Program-made: the position numbers and the translations under genes
In this document: in pieces, positions 53,901-64,000 of the stretch
Layout of the letters: every line of letters begins with the position of its first letter
How positions within the stretch are numbered: position 1 is the stretch's first letter
Notes under the pieces: model-generated
The model's input: the letters and a program-made list of their open reading frames with translations, nothing else
Databases searched by the model: none
Told to the model about the DNA's origin: nothing
Source: Bigelowiella natans CCMP2755
Lineage: Eukaryota; Protista; Cercozoa
Reading direction: 5' to 3'
NCBI GenBank assembly: GCA_000320545.1
Contig: ADNK01003007.1
Span: 1-64,000, forward strand
Length of the DNA: 64,000 nt

Positions 53901-56900
53901 ACTATTGCTAATACTCCTACTACTACTCCTACTACTACTACTACTACTCCTACTACTACTCCTACTAAAAGTTTCTGAATCGTTCCTTCCCATCACTTTC
54001 TCCTTATATCTCCCCCCTTCCTCTCCATCCCTCCCCTTACTCGCAACGCAGAGATATGTTGGAGAGAATGGCGGAGATGCCAGAGATTCCTAGAGTCAGC
54101 ATCCAGCCTCAGATGCTGAAGCCAAACCTTACGGCTACCGACGGCAATGGCCACGACGGCGAAATCTACGGTGACGATGACGATGACGATGACGATGAGG
54201 ATGACGATGCAAAAGTCCATGCGGCGAACATGAGAAGGCTGGAAAATGACCCACAAAACCAGGAGAAGGAAGAAAAACTGAAGGCGTTTTTGGAGCAGGA
54301 TGACCGTCGTAAAGAGAGGCTGCAAGATGGCCAGGAGGTAGTAGCAGTGAGTAGTAGTAGCAGTAGTAGATATGGGTGTGTGGGATATAGAAGAATGAGG
54401 GAAGGAAGTCAATAGTCTAATCACCAAAAGCAGTCTGTGCTCTCTCTCCGTTGTTGTCCGCCACCTCAACGCCATTGGCAATATGACCAGATAAGCAGCG
54501 AAGAGGGCGGGTTTGAGGCGACTTCAGGAAAGTCGGAGTCCGGAGGAGGTCATCTGCTTTTCGTGAGGCGAAAATAAATATCGAAAGAGGACAAACCATT
54601 TTTGCATCTATGTTGTCTCCATGCTGGCTAGTATCTACGACTCGTCTTCGCTGCCATCTTGAGAGCTTCCTCTATTCAATATGCAGGTGGCGGAGACTCT
54701 ATTATGAATATGGCGGCGAGCTCGAATCCGTTTTTTGATATGATGCCGGAGGATGGAACTTTCAGCTTATTCTCAGACAAATACTCAAACATGACCATCG
54801 ATGATCGAATTGCTATAGCGAGCTCCAAAATAAAGGTTTGTTGGTGTACATGCACACACACCGAATGAGCCTTTGAAGCGTCCCAACATTCATTTTTATC
54901 AAACATGTTGCCAATACGCGTTTTAAATAACGAGATCGATTTGCTCTCCATGGCCTGTTCGCATAAATTAGCTTTCGAAGAAGGAAGAGGCCGAATATGA
55001 TCAGTCGCTCATTGATGAAATGGACCTGGACATCGCTAGAATGGACGTTAGTCTTGACCGAAAGATCGAGTTGCAAAAACAGGTAAGACCGACCCCGAGT
55101 TGAGAAGAGGAAACTAAATCTTCTTCGCGGGGGTGTACATCCCATCGAGCAGACGATAAAGATATTCGCTATATTTTTGACCAAAGTAGATAAGCAAGAA
55201 GGGGGGGGGGGGAGGGGACATATCAGAGAAAAATAGCTTCGACTTGACGTTTACTTGTTCGTCAACCTACATACAAACGGCAATCTGCTGCGGTGGCCGG
55301 CGATAACACAAAGAGAATGGAAGAGAATGCTCTGATCCAGAACGCCAGGCTCAACCTGAACGATCAGAATGTCCATGAAGACTCCGTTGCGGAGGATGAT
55401 ATTGAAATCGATGACCCTTTCATCGGGAAGAATGGAAGCGGAGTAGAATGGGGAGGTCATATCCTATTTAAACATATCTGGAGAGTGCGAGCTACTTTCA
55501 TTGTTTTCAGCTCGCTAAGTTCCTCTCCCCCTCTCTCCCCCCCTCCCCTTTTTTTATACCTTGCTAGGCATGGACGTATCCCAGCAAACTACTGTTGGGA
55601 CATTTAAGGTGTGCTCAGCTCTGACTGACGATTGATGTTGAAATTGTGCGTGTTGTCATCAAATCCCAGCATTACTCTACTATCATCATCACCATCACCA
55701 TTGCCAAATTCCGCAACGAAGCAAATTGGATTTTTATCAGTGCTATCTCTCACTCCCTCCTCTCCACGTAATTTCATGCCGACAGACATCGGAAAAATTG
55801 GTTCAGAGCATGTATGTGACGGTTACTCCGCATTTCAACTTCTTCGTGTCGCAGCCGCCTCGCCACCGCATCTTATGCATAGATAGGGGCGGCAAGGTCA
55901 GCGTCTTTGCAGGAAGTGGAAGGAAAGGTTTGACGTCCGGTGTCTCTTTTCTCTTTGCTGTCTGCGTTCTCTGTATCTTTAACCAAGTCGTCTTCGTCCG
56001 CCTATTGAGTCTAATTTCTCTCCTCTGAATTCCTATTTCATATCAGGCAGCAACGACGGTGCATTTCCCCACGCAAGATTCAACACTCCCTCCGGCATTG
56101 CTGCAGATAGGTCCTTTCAGTGAATTCTTGAATCCCGCCGTGACGAATTCCATGGCAAAATCGCGATTTTCCCGTTTACAAATACCATGGCACACAACGC
56201 CACGTTGTTACGCGTACAGCCATTCTCGATTTTTCTCGAGAAAATAGAAATTCGTAGCGTTTGTTTCTTTCTCTCTCTTTTTCTCTCTTTTTCTCTCTTT
56301 CTCTCTCTTTCTCTCTCTCTCTTTCCTCACGCATCGGCTAACAAAACGGCCATTTTGCATTGAATGGAACAGATTTGGGAGCATCTTCGTGTGCGACAAA
56401 GAAAATCACCGGATACGGATGATAGACGAGTGAGATTTGAATTCGGAGTCTATTTCTTATACACAGCCATTGTTGTGAGCTGATGACGCGAAATGACGTT
56501 TTTGTGCTACATTATTCCAATCTTAGATACCAACGAGCGTACACCCTCGCCGGCACTAAGGCGGGATACAAAGTACACTATACCGCCACCGACACATCGC
56601 ATTCGCAACATATTAACGCTGCATGATGACATGCTGATGCCTCGAGCAAAGTGCTCAATCGAAAGTGTAGAAGGACGCGACCTTTGCAACTCTCCCTCAC
56701 GGCAAGAGCACAGCAGCGTGGCCGACTTACTGAGCGATTTTAGTTCTCTCTGCCATGTACCCATTGGTTGCGCGAGCACGCACAGTCTCTCGCCTATTCA
56801 AAGAACGTGCTGATTGTCATCATTTCGTGCAACTGACTTGCCTCGGGTTGCATTTGCGAAGAGGTGGGCAATCCGTCTTCTTCTAAAGCTGATATTGTTT

Positions 56901-57247
56901 TAGGACGGTTTGTGCTCCGAGGCCAGATTTCTCGAGCCGACAGGGGTAATTATCATTCACTTGAGTATAGACGCATCAGTAGCGAGATAGTTGTGCGAAG
57001 ACTTCCGGATATTTTAAGGCTATTGATGTGACGTGTAAGTTCGGTTTCAACCGCATCCTTGTGCATGGAGAACATTAGCAGCCCTGATGATTCCCTTAGA
57101 TCGGTATCATGTTTATATATAAATATGTGTGTATATGTATTTATTAATTAATGTATCATATGCTGTGTGTAGGTTTCTCACCAAACACGCTACAGGTCAG
57201 TTTCATGCACATTCTGGAAGCACAAAAACGATAGTCGTTTGAGTGTG

Positions 57248-57281
<34 letters not shown>

Positions 57282-59846
57282 TCAAATGTGCGTCCCTCTT
57301 GCCTCAAGGCATCAGTGAATACGATGATGTGGGATGTGCTCTTAATAGCTATTCCCAGTATCATCGTCGCCGTCTTATCGTATGTTGCACACCGCCAAAT
57401 GACACCAACAACAACAGGCTTTTGATAGCGGATACTGGCAATAATGTCATTCGCCTCATAAACCAAAAGTCCTCCGAAGTGACAACTATAGCGGGAATGA
57501 AGGTTATTGAGACAGAGATAGTGAGAGGAAGGGGGGGGGAGGCGTGGGATAGGAAGCGAAGCACGATCACGACAAAAATTAACCTTTGAGATCAGATCTA
57601 CGCCTTAGAATATTCATGGTCCTTTTTCGTAAGTAGCATCATGATTGTGATCATCATCATCGTTGTTGTTGTTGTTGTTGTTCCCATTGGAAAGAGTGCT
57701 GGTTATCGTGATGGCGAGCTGTCCAAAGCCAAATTCAAGCGTCCTTCTCACGTCGTGTGTGGGAGAAATGAACGGGCATTCAAAGACCTGTAAGCGTCAC
57801 TTCAGTGACTCTCTCTTCCACTATCTCTGTTCTCCTTCTCCTTTTCCGTTTGCTCCCTCTCTCACCCCCCCCCCCCACCCCTTTCTCCCTTTCCACCCTC
57901 TTTGCAAGTAGATGCACATGAGCATGCCTTGACACATGAAAAACAAAGACAATCAATGCCGTAGGTATGTTTGCGACAGCGGGAAGGAAGTATTCAGGCG
58001 AATCGATCTAGAGCGCAATGAGGTGTGCTCAAGCAAATGCGAAAGGGGGGGGGCGGGGGGGGGAGGGAAGGTTACGGAAAACAGCTCCTAGTAAACGTTG
58101 TAGTAGAGATTACCGGTATTCCGAATCGGACACTTTAAGAGTCAATAGTCTTCTTGGACGTGATGGCAGGTGACAACAATAGGAGGGGGCATGATCTTCA
58201 GTAAACCGTCTGCAATAACGGTCAGTCAACCCAAGTGCATATTTGAAAAGGAATTTAAACCTCTGAACGACAGCATATTCTAGCCTGCTGCATCATCATA
58301 TCCGCTGTTCTTGCACAACGGCTGGTAGCCTCATACCGCTGCTTTACATCAAGAATTTTCCAATAGATTGACCGCTCTGGAGACAATATCTTCGTCTCTG
58401 ACACGAACCGTGAGTTCCCAACAGCTAAACACGAGCACTGCTGTAAGTATATTCAATTTTGGATCTGATTATTCTCCCTTCCTCCTCTCCGTCTCCTCTA
58501 ATGGCGTCTAGATCACATAGTGAGGTTGATTCAACGCACTGCCAGCAATGAGAAGGAGGTCATCTTATCGTATTGTATTCAAGCATTTCTGGGGAGAGTA
58601 TGTGCGAGCGAAATCTATCGTACATTTTCATGTTATTGAATGTTCGCTGTGCTATCGTATTTGTTGTCGTGATCTGTAGGCAGAGGCCTTTGCGGGGAGT
58701 GGGTTCAAAGGTACTATCATTTTGTTAGGAAGTCTTAGGAAATTTACGACGAGAAAGAGCAAACAAACTGCTGTTGTACCACATAGTGTACGACAGCATT
58801 AGTTATGTTAAAGCTTTAGAGCTTTTAGCATCTCCATTCTCTATTTTTTACTTGATAGTAATTTGAATATTATTTTCAAATACATTCCCCCCCCACACCA
58901 CCCCCCGTGCCGACTGACACGAATCCTCCTCAGGATATGCGGATGGGATCTCATCAAAAGCGCGTTTTTCGAAGCCAATTGGTCCAGTTATATTACCATT
59001 GATAATGATTATTCGTCAATATTATCATTCTTATTCTCTACTCGAAATACGGAGGGGGGTGATTATTGAGCCGTGGAGGGTTGGAGTATGGAACTACTGA
59101 TGCAAGATTACACTAATCAAGGGAAATCAATCCATCAGGCTTATGCTGCGACTTCAAAGGCCGAGTTGTGGTCTTAGACTCACAAAATCACTGTCTTCGT
59201 CAGGTCCCTCTCGAATTCCATCTAAGTTAAAGCAAAATAAGATGTTAAGATAAACAATACCTTACCGTACTGACTGTTATATCAGAGGGGTAGTCTCTCC
59301 TCCCCCCCCCCAATGAAAAGCCTTTTGAGCGAAAAATATCATACTTTTTGCTTTCTGGCGCTTCTCTACGATGCGTTTTATTGATATTGATTGATAAATG
59401 GATGGAATCCTCTGGCAGAGAAAAGATTCGTCTCTTTTCGTTTTTAAAAGGCGAATGCCTGGTTATGGCACTTTCAGCATCTTCTCCGGAATATATACGC
59501 GAACACGACTAAGTGTCGAGGATCATATTGCTATTTCTTTTCCTTATGGGCGTTGTCGTTTAAATCTCATTTAGATGGTGTCGTATGGGAATGAACTCGT
59601 TCAGGACGATGATGGCAATCTTGTGCCTTTGTAAGCGCAGATCTAATCAACACAACTGGAGAATTTTCTAATTAGCACTACTAGAGAATGTGTGTGTGAC
59701 GTATGAGTACAAATCGGCTAGATCATAACTGTTTTTCGTTGTTGCAATGCCCCATTGCCCCTGCTCCCCCCCACCTGTGCAGGACTGCAGAGAACAAAGA
59801 TATGATGGAAAACGATGATCTGAGACCATCTCCACCAAAGTCGCAT

Positions 59847-59889
<43 letters not shown>

Positions 59890-61917
59890 CACGCGTAAGC
59901 AAATACTTGTCTTCCTGTCTATGTGCGCATGTGCATGCTCGTTGCTATATCCTCACCCTCACCACCTCCATCCTCACAGGTCTGATTTCCGCACACTCTT
60001 CCATGAGTTTGAGGGAAAGAGTGGGGAGACGGAGAAGGAGAGGGGGCTTGATAGGAGCTTAGACGATATATCAGACGATCAGGAGTGGATGGCTCAGAAG
60101 TTCATTAAGGAGGCTCGCGAGAGGATGAATAGAACGTAAAAAAAATCGTTCTTGCCATTCACTTGCCACGCACTTACACAGAGGCGGATATCTTGCTTGA
60201 TAGTTGTCGTTTCTCTCCGCTCCGCTCCCTTCTCTTGATATTCTCTTGGCCTTTGTGTTTCCTCCTCTCGAATAGCTACCCAGGTCCTTTCCGCCCTGGA
60301 GATCTTGTGCGGTTTCAGAACATGACTTGCGCGTGCTGCAGGCTGGTATGAATGACGATCAAGACAATCATTACTCGCAAATCACATGTATTGTGCATTT
60401 TTTGAATGGTCTGCTGCTTTGCCCATGTGCAGGTGGAGGGGGAGAAAGGCTACGTCAAAAATGCGGTATTTTTGAACGGCACGAAGTACATGGTGGCCTT
60501 GAAGGGGGACCGGCGATTCGTCTTTCCCGTGTACACTCACCAGATTCGACTGCTTAGAAAAGGTAATGATGGTGTGTTGGTTTGTGAGCTGATGACACCC
60601 TATTTCTGAGAGGCCGCATTTCCTGCTTTCATTTTCGCGCGAGCGAGCCGTATCCCAGAGCAGAGCCATCGATTGTTTTTTAATTTGGGCCGGAAAGAAA
60701 CCGCAATGAAACCGTCCATTTGCTACTTGGACATTTGGGAAACTCGTCACCTTCAGAACCTGCAGCGTGATTGCGAGCGCCATTCCTTTCCGCCTCTTTG
60801 TAGGTATCGGGATCTACTTTGACCCCAACGACAAGGCGAATGACATTGATGCCTTCGGTCGGCAGCAGTTCCAAGAGGAGATGGAGCGACTCAGGAACCC
60901 TTCCAAAGAGAACGCTCGCTACTTCCGCGCGAAGAGGACTTTTCTTCAAAAACCCTGGTGGGTGAATAGTGGTTGGGGGTCAGGAGGGTGGTGATGCGAC
61001 TGTACACCCAATCAACTAGCCGATTCTAGAGCGACACTACTAGCAATTGTCCAATGGTGTTGTAGCATTGCCCTGAGAAAGAAGCAAGCTCGTACACACA
61101 GCTTATTTGTTTCTAAACTACCGCTAGGGGGGAGGGGGGGGGGGGGGGGTAGACAATGGACTACCGGGATTTGTTATTGCTTTTGTAGCGCTATCATCAT
61201 TTCGATCAATCGCCATCATGCATGATGCTTTCCATGCCGAGGAGAGCAACCACAGAACGGCAGCACCAACTAATAGGTACAACAAAACCAAAAGCTACAA
61301 GCTCAGAGCCCGCATGTGGACCCAGCAGGAAGTAAACAGGATGGTTCGGACGAATTGTAAGTACATCCCTCCAGTCAAAGTCGAGCGCTTTCATTTCATC
61401 AACTATAAGAATTACACAGAACGCGGCTTCTATCTATCTGGTGAGTGCCGCCATCAGTTCCGTCCCAAAATAATATTCGCAAGCATGTCTGAAAGGAGTA
61501 GATCGGCATTATTTTATTTTTGAAGAGAGTTCAGCGGAAAATCTAGCGCCTTTGTTTTGGAAGTCTTGTGCACGGCAACACGGTTGATTTCGAAATGTCT
61601 GTGTTGTAGAGCTAAATTTCACGGATCCAAACATTCGTCGGAAAGTGGAAATCATCGATCTGCAGCCAACCATCGATGGCATAAGGGCGAGGAATCGAAA
61701 GATGAACATCACTGACGCCGAAGACTACGAAGATGACATCGTCGGGTTCCTTTCAGGAAAAAACTCTACGAAACGAAAAAGCAAAATTAAGAATGATAAA
61801 ACGCGAGATTCTTCCTCGCACAATGATAAAGAGTACAAAAGCACGACGGAAAAGTCGGAAAAAATTAGATTTTTATCCCACTTGTCGTCTAAAATCAAGA
61901 GACGACGAAAGGAATAG
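50911..61917 (+). CDS. Large protein with a B-box-type zinc finger, SAM domain, acidic/coiled region and NHL-repeat propeller; may start about 400 bp further upstream and may be more than one gene
   Basis: B-box-like RACDFCNK|AAARRYCFDC...HCLQCDKDIH (52.0-52.2 kb). SAM domain VEAWSVSDVFAWA...GVNGTELLLLTE...ERKKLIDAITKLK (53.37-53.57 kb). NHL exons VSVFAGSGRKG|SNDGAFPHARFNTPSGIAAD, IFVCDKENHRIRMI, LLIADTGNNVIRLI...VTTIAG, GYRDGELSKAKFKRP, IFVSDTN, GRVVVLDSQNHCLR. The last exon ends KRRRKE* at 61917. Confidence 0.72.
53893..53966. repeat. (CTA/CTC)n trinucleotide microsatellite in an intron
   Basis: ctactactactcctactact...; produces the spurious poly-Leu ORF 53878..54093. Confidence 0.9.
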
Positions 61918-62736
61918 TAACAAGCTATATTCTTCAAAAGTACCTATTGTTGGTATCACCGCATAGACGGACGGGCTCATGTGTGTGGTACGGTGCATTT
62001 CTTCCACGCTCGCAATGCATATATGGCTAGCTACCTGAAAGACCAAATGCGCAAGGCTATATAGCCTCATTGCAAATGACTGTCGCGTGCAGTACTTATG
62101 CAAAATGCCTATTTAAACGACGACTTTGTGCTGCTGCGCTCTAGCGCTAGCAGAATCTGCTCTAATCGCTTTCTCACGACATTAACATTTTTGCGAATTT
62201 TTTTTTGGCTGTGCTGCCCGCACAAACAAAAAACGAATAGCGCGCACATGCGGAGACCACAATAGCGTATAAAAAAAGATACACGTGCGGCTGCGTAGAT
62301 TTTTATTAACTACTGGCAAAAAAAACCGCAATGACTATAGATTTTATCGCGCTCCATCGAAACGCCAAATTTCGGGCTAGATAGAGCATCCAGGCAATGC
62401 AAATGTTAACTCTTTTATTGTTTCATTTGATTTCTAGAATTTGTGCAATCGCGCAAAAATTTTAAATGTTTGGTCTACCATCAAATTCCACATAAACCTA
62501 CTGCGCTAGCTAGCTAGCAATAAATCGCAAAATTCGCGCTAGCGCGCCTGGAGTGAGTGCCGAGCAGTTGTAGTTTAAACTTTAGAAATCGAGACAATCT
62601 ACATGTGACACGTGGACTTTGTCCGCAATTCTGCATGCAAGATTTTCTTGTCATCTGACAATTAATGTCATATGCTTCGAAACACTGTGTATTACATGCT
62701 AAATACTGAGATACTGTGCAAACAAACACCCCGTTT

Positions 62737-63267
62737 TATTTTACCAAAATCAGGAGGTGATGAGACTGGGGTGACACACGGAGAAGAGAGTCTACAAACT
62801 TAAACTGTAAGTGGCCGAATAATCGTGTGCCGCTTGTGAGCGCTCGTAGCTATGAGTATTGGTAGAGTTCAATAGCATAGCTCATTAGTCTTCCCCATTG
62901 ATTGATTGATATAGCTTCGTCATCGCCTACGTCCTTAATAATCCCTACATAGATGCACATATTCAACGATCATGTAAGGTGTTGGAAACAACGGCTACTA
63001 CGGACGAGAATTTTATAAATGTGTTTTCCTCTAAATTGAGGCAGGCACTAGGCAACCGTCACAGGCAATGAGCACGTGCTCGGTCTTAAATTGCGAATTT
63101 GATTTAAAAAAAAAAACTAGCACATCTCACTGTATATTCAGACGAAAAGGCCACACCCTCTCCGCGGTTTCGTAGTAGATTGAATGCAGCATTTAATGAT
63201 GCTACGTGGAGAGCGTGTATGCGTGTTTGTGCTCGTGCTAGTGTTAGCAGCTGCATGCATGCATGCA

Positions 63268-63307
<40 letters not shown>

Positions 63308-63452
63308 CCCTCGCTCCAAGCTCGTTTGGACAATCGACGACAATACAGATTCAAAGATCTTTGAGACCGCCTGGAGAAGGGGGGGGGAGTAGGAAGAAGA
63401 AGATGGGGATGACGGTGGTGATGATGATAAGGGAAAGGGCGCAACAACAAAC

Positions 63453-63483
<31 letters not shown>

Positions 63484-63820
63484 CACACCTCCGTATCTAA
63501 AGCGCAAAGGCAGTGATGCATTAAAATCCTCCTCGCATTCTTCGGAGCGGGGGCTCTGCTGAAAAAGGCCCCGGTTATGTACTCAAGGTTTTCCTCCTCA
63601 TCTGCAAGAAACACAGGGGGGAGGGGAGAGGAAGACGTCGTCACGTCGAGGGTGGATGGACAAGGGTTAATTTTGCATATTCATTAGTTCTCTCTCGATG
63701 AAGATAGCGCGTATGATGCACACGAGGTTCAGTAGCCTGTCCGTCTATCTCCATCAACGTGCTTTGATGATACGAAAGGGGGAAAATACACACGCCTTGG
63801 AACGGCAAAGCACTGCAGAC

Positions 63821-63885
<65 letters not shown>

Positions 63886-63957
63886 CAACATATCGTAGCA
63901 CTGGACGCGGCGACAGCGCAAGAAGAGAGAGGGGAAAGAAGGAGGGAGGGGGGGGGT

Positions 63958-63996
<39 letters not shown>

Positions 63997-64000
63997 TGCA
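62737..64000 (-). CDS. 3' part of an uncharacterised multi-exon gene entering from the right edge
   Basis: Splice-bounded exons DEEENLEYITGAFFSRAPAPKNARRILMH, AVSKIFESVLSSIVQTSLERG and IIKDVGDDEAISINQWGRLMSY. The stop position is uncertain. Confidence 0.45.

Noticed and set aside
1-64000. Prokaryotic operon or defence island, intact transposon, viral insert, or altered genetic code
   Set aside because: All recognised genes are spliceosomal-intron-rich and end at standard stops. No transposase, reverse transcriptase, integrase or capsid motifs were seen.

Overview
Eukaryotic nuclear DNA that is gene-dense and intron-rich, with short GT-AG introns often carrying (GA)n/(CA)n/(TA)n microsatellites. 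The style suggests a protist, possibly a chlorarachniophyte or other SAR lineage (inference only). Most entries in the ORF track are exon fragments or repeat artefacts, so genes were rebuilt by hand from splice sites and reading phase. In order: the 3' half of an EHD/RME-1 endocytic ATPase; a giant minus-strand multipass membrane protein with an RCC1/BLIP-II-like propeller; a divergently transcribed adhesion-GPCR-like receptor (NHL propeller, REJ/PKD-like, GPS, 7TM); a TPR-SET methyltransferase; an R3H-domain (R3HCC1-like) protein; a DysF-PDZ-EF-hand protein; an unknown protein with an N-terminal hydrophobic leader; a large B-box/SAM/NHL protein; and the 3' end of an unknown gene. The most striking non-coding signal is at about 27.1-28.0 kb. 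There, a decayed inverted copy of part of the GPCR gene and its flanking DNA have lost almost all TpA dinucleotides through TA>TG/CA transitions, while CTAG is spared and CpG is kept. This looks like a RIP-like but adenine-directed hypermutation process. No rRNA, tRNA, CRISPR array or intact transposon was recognised.
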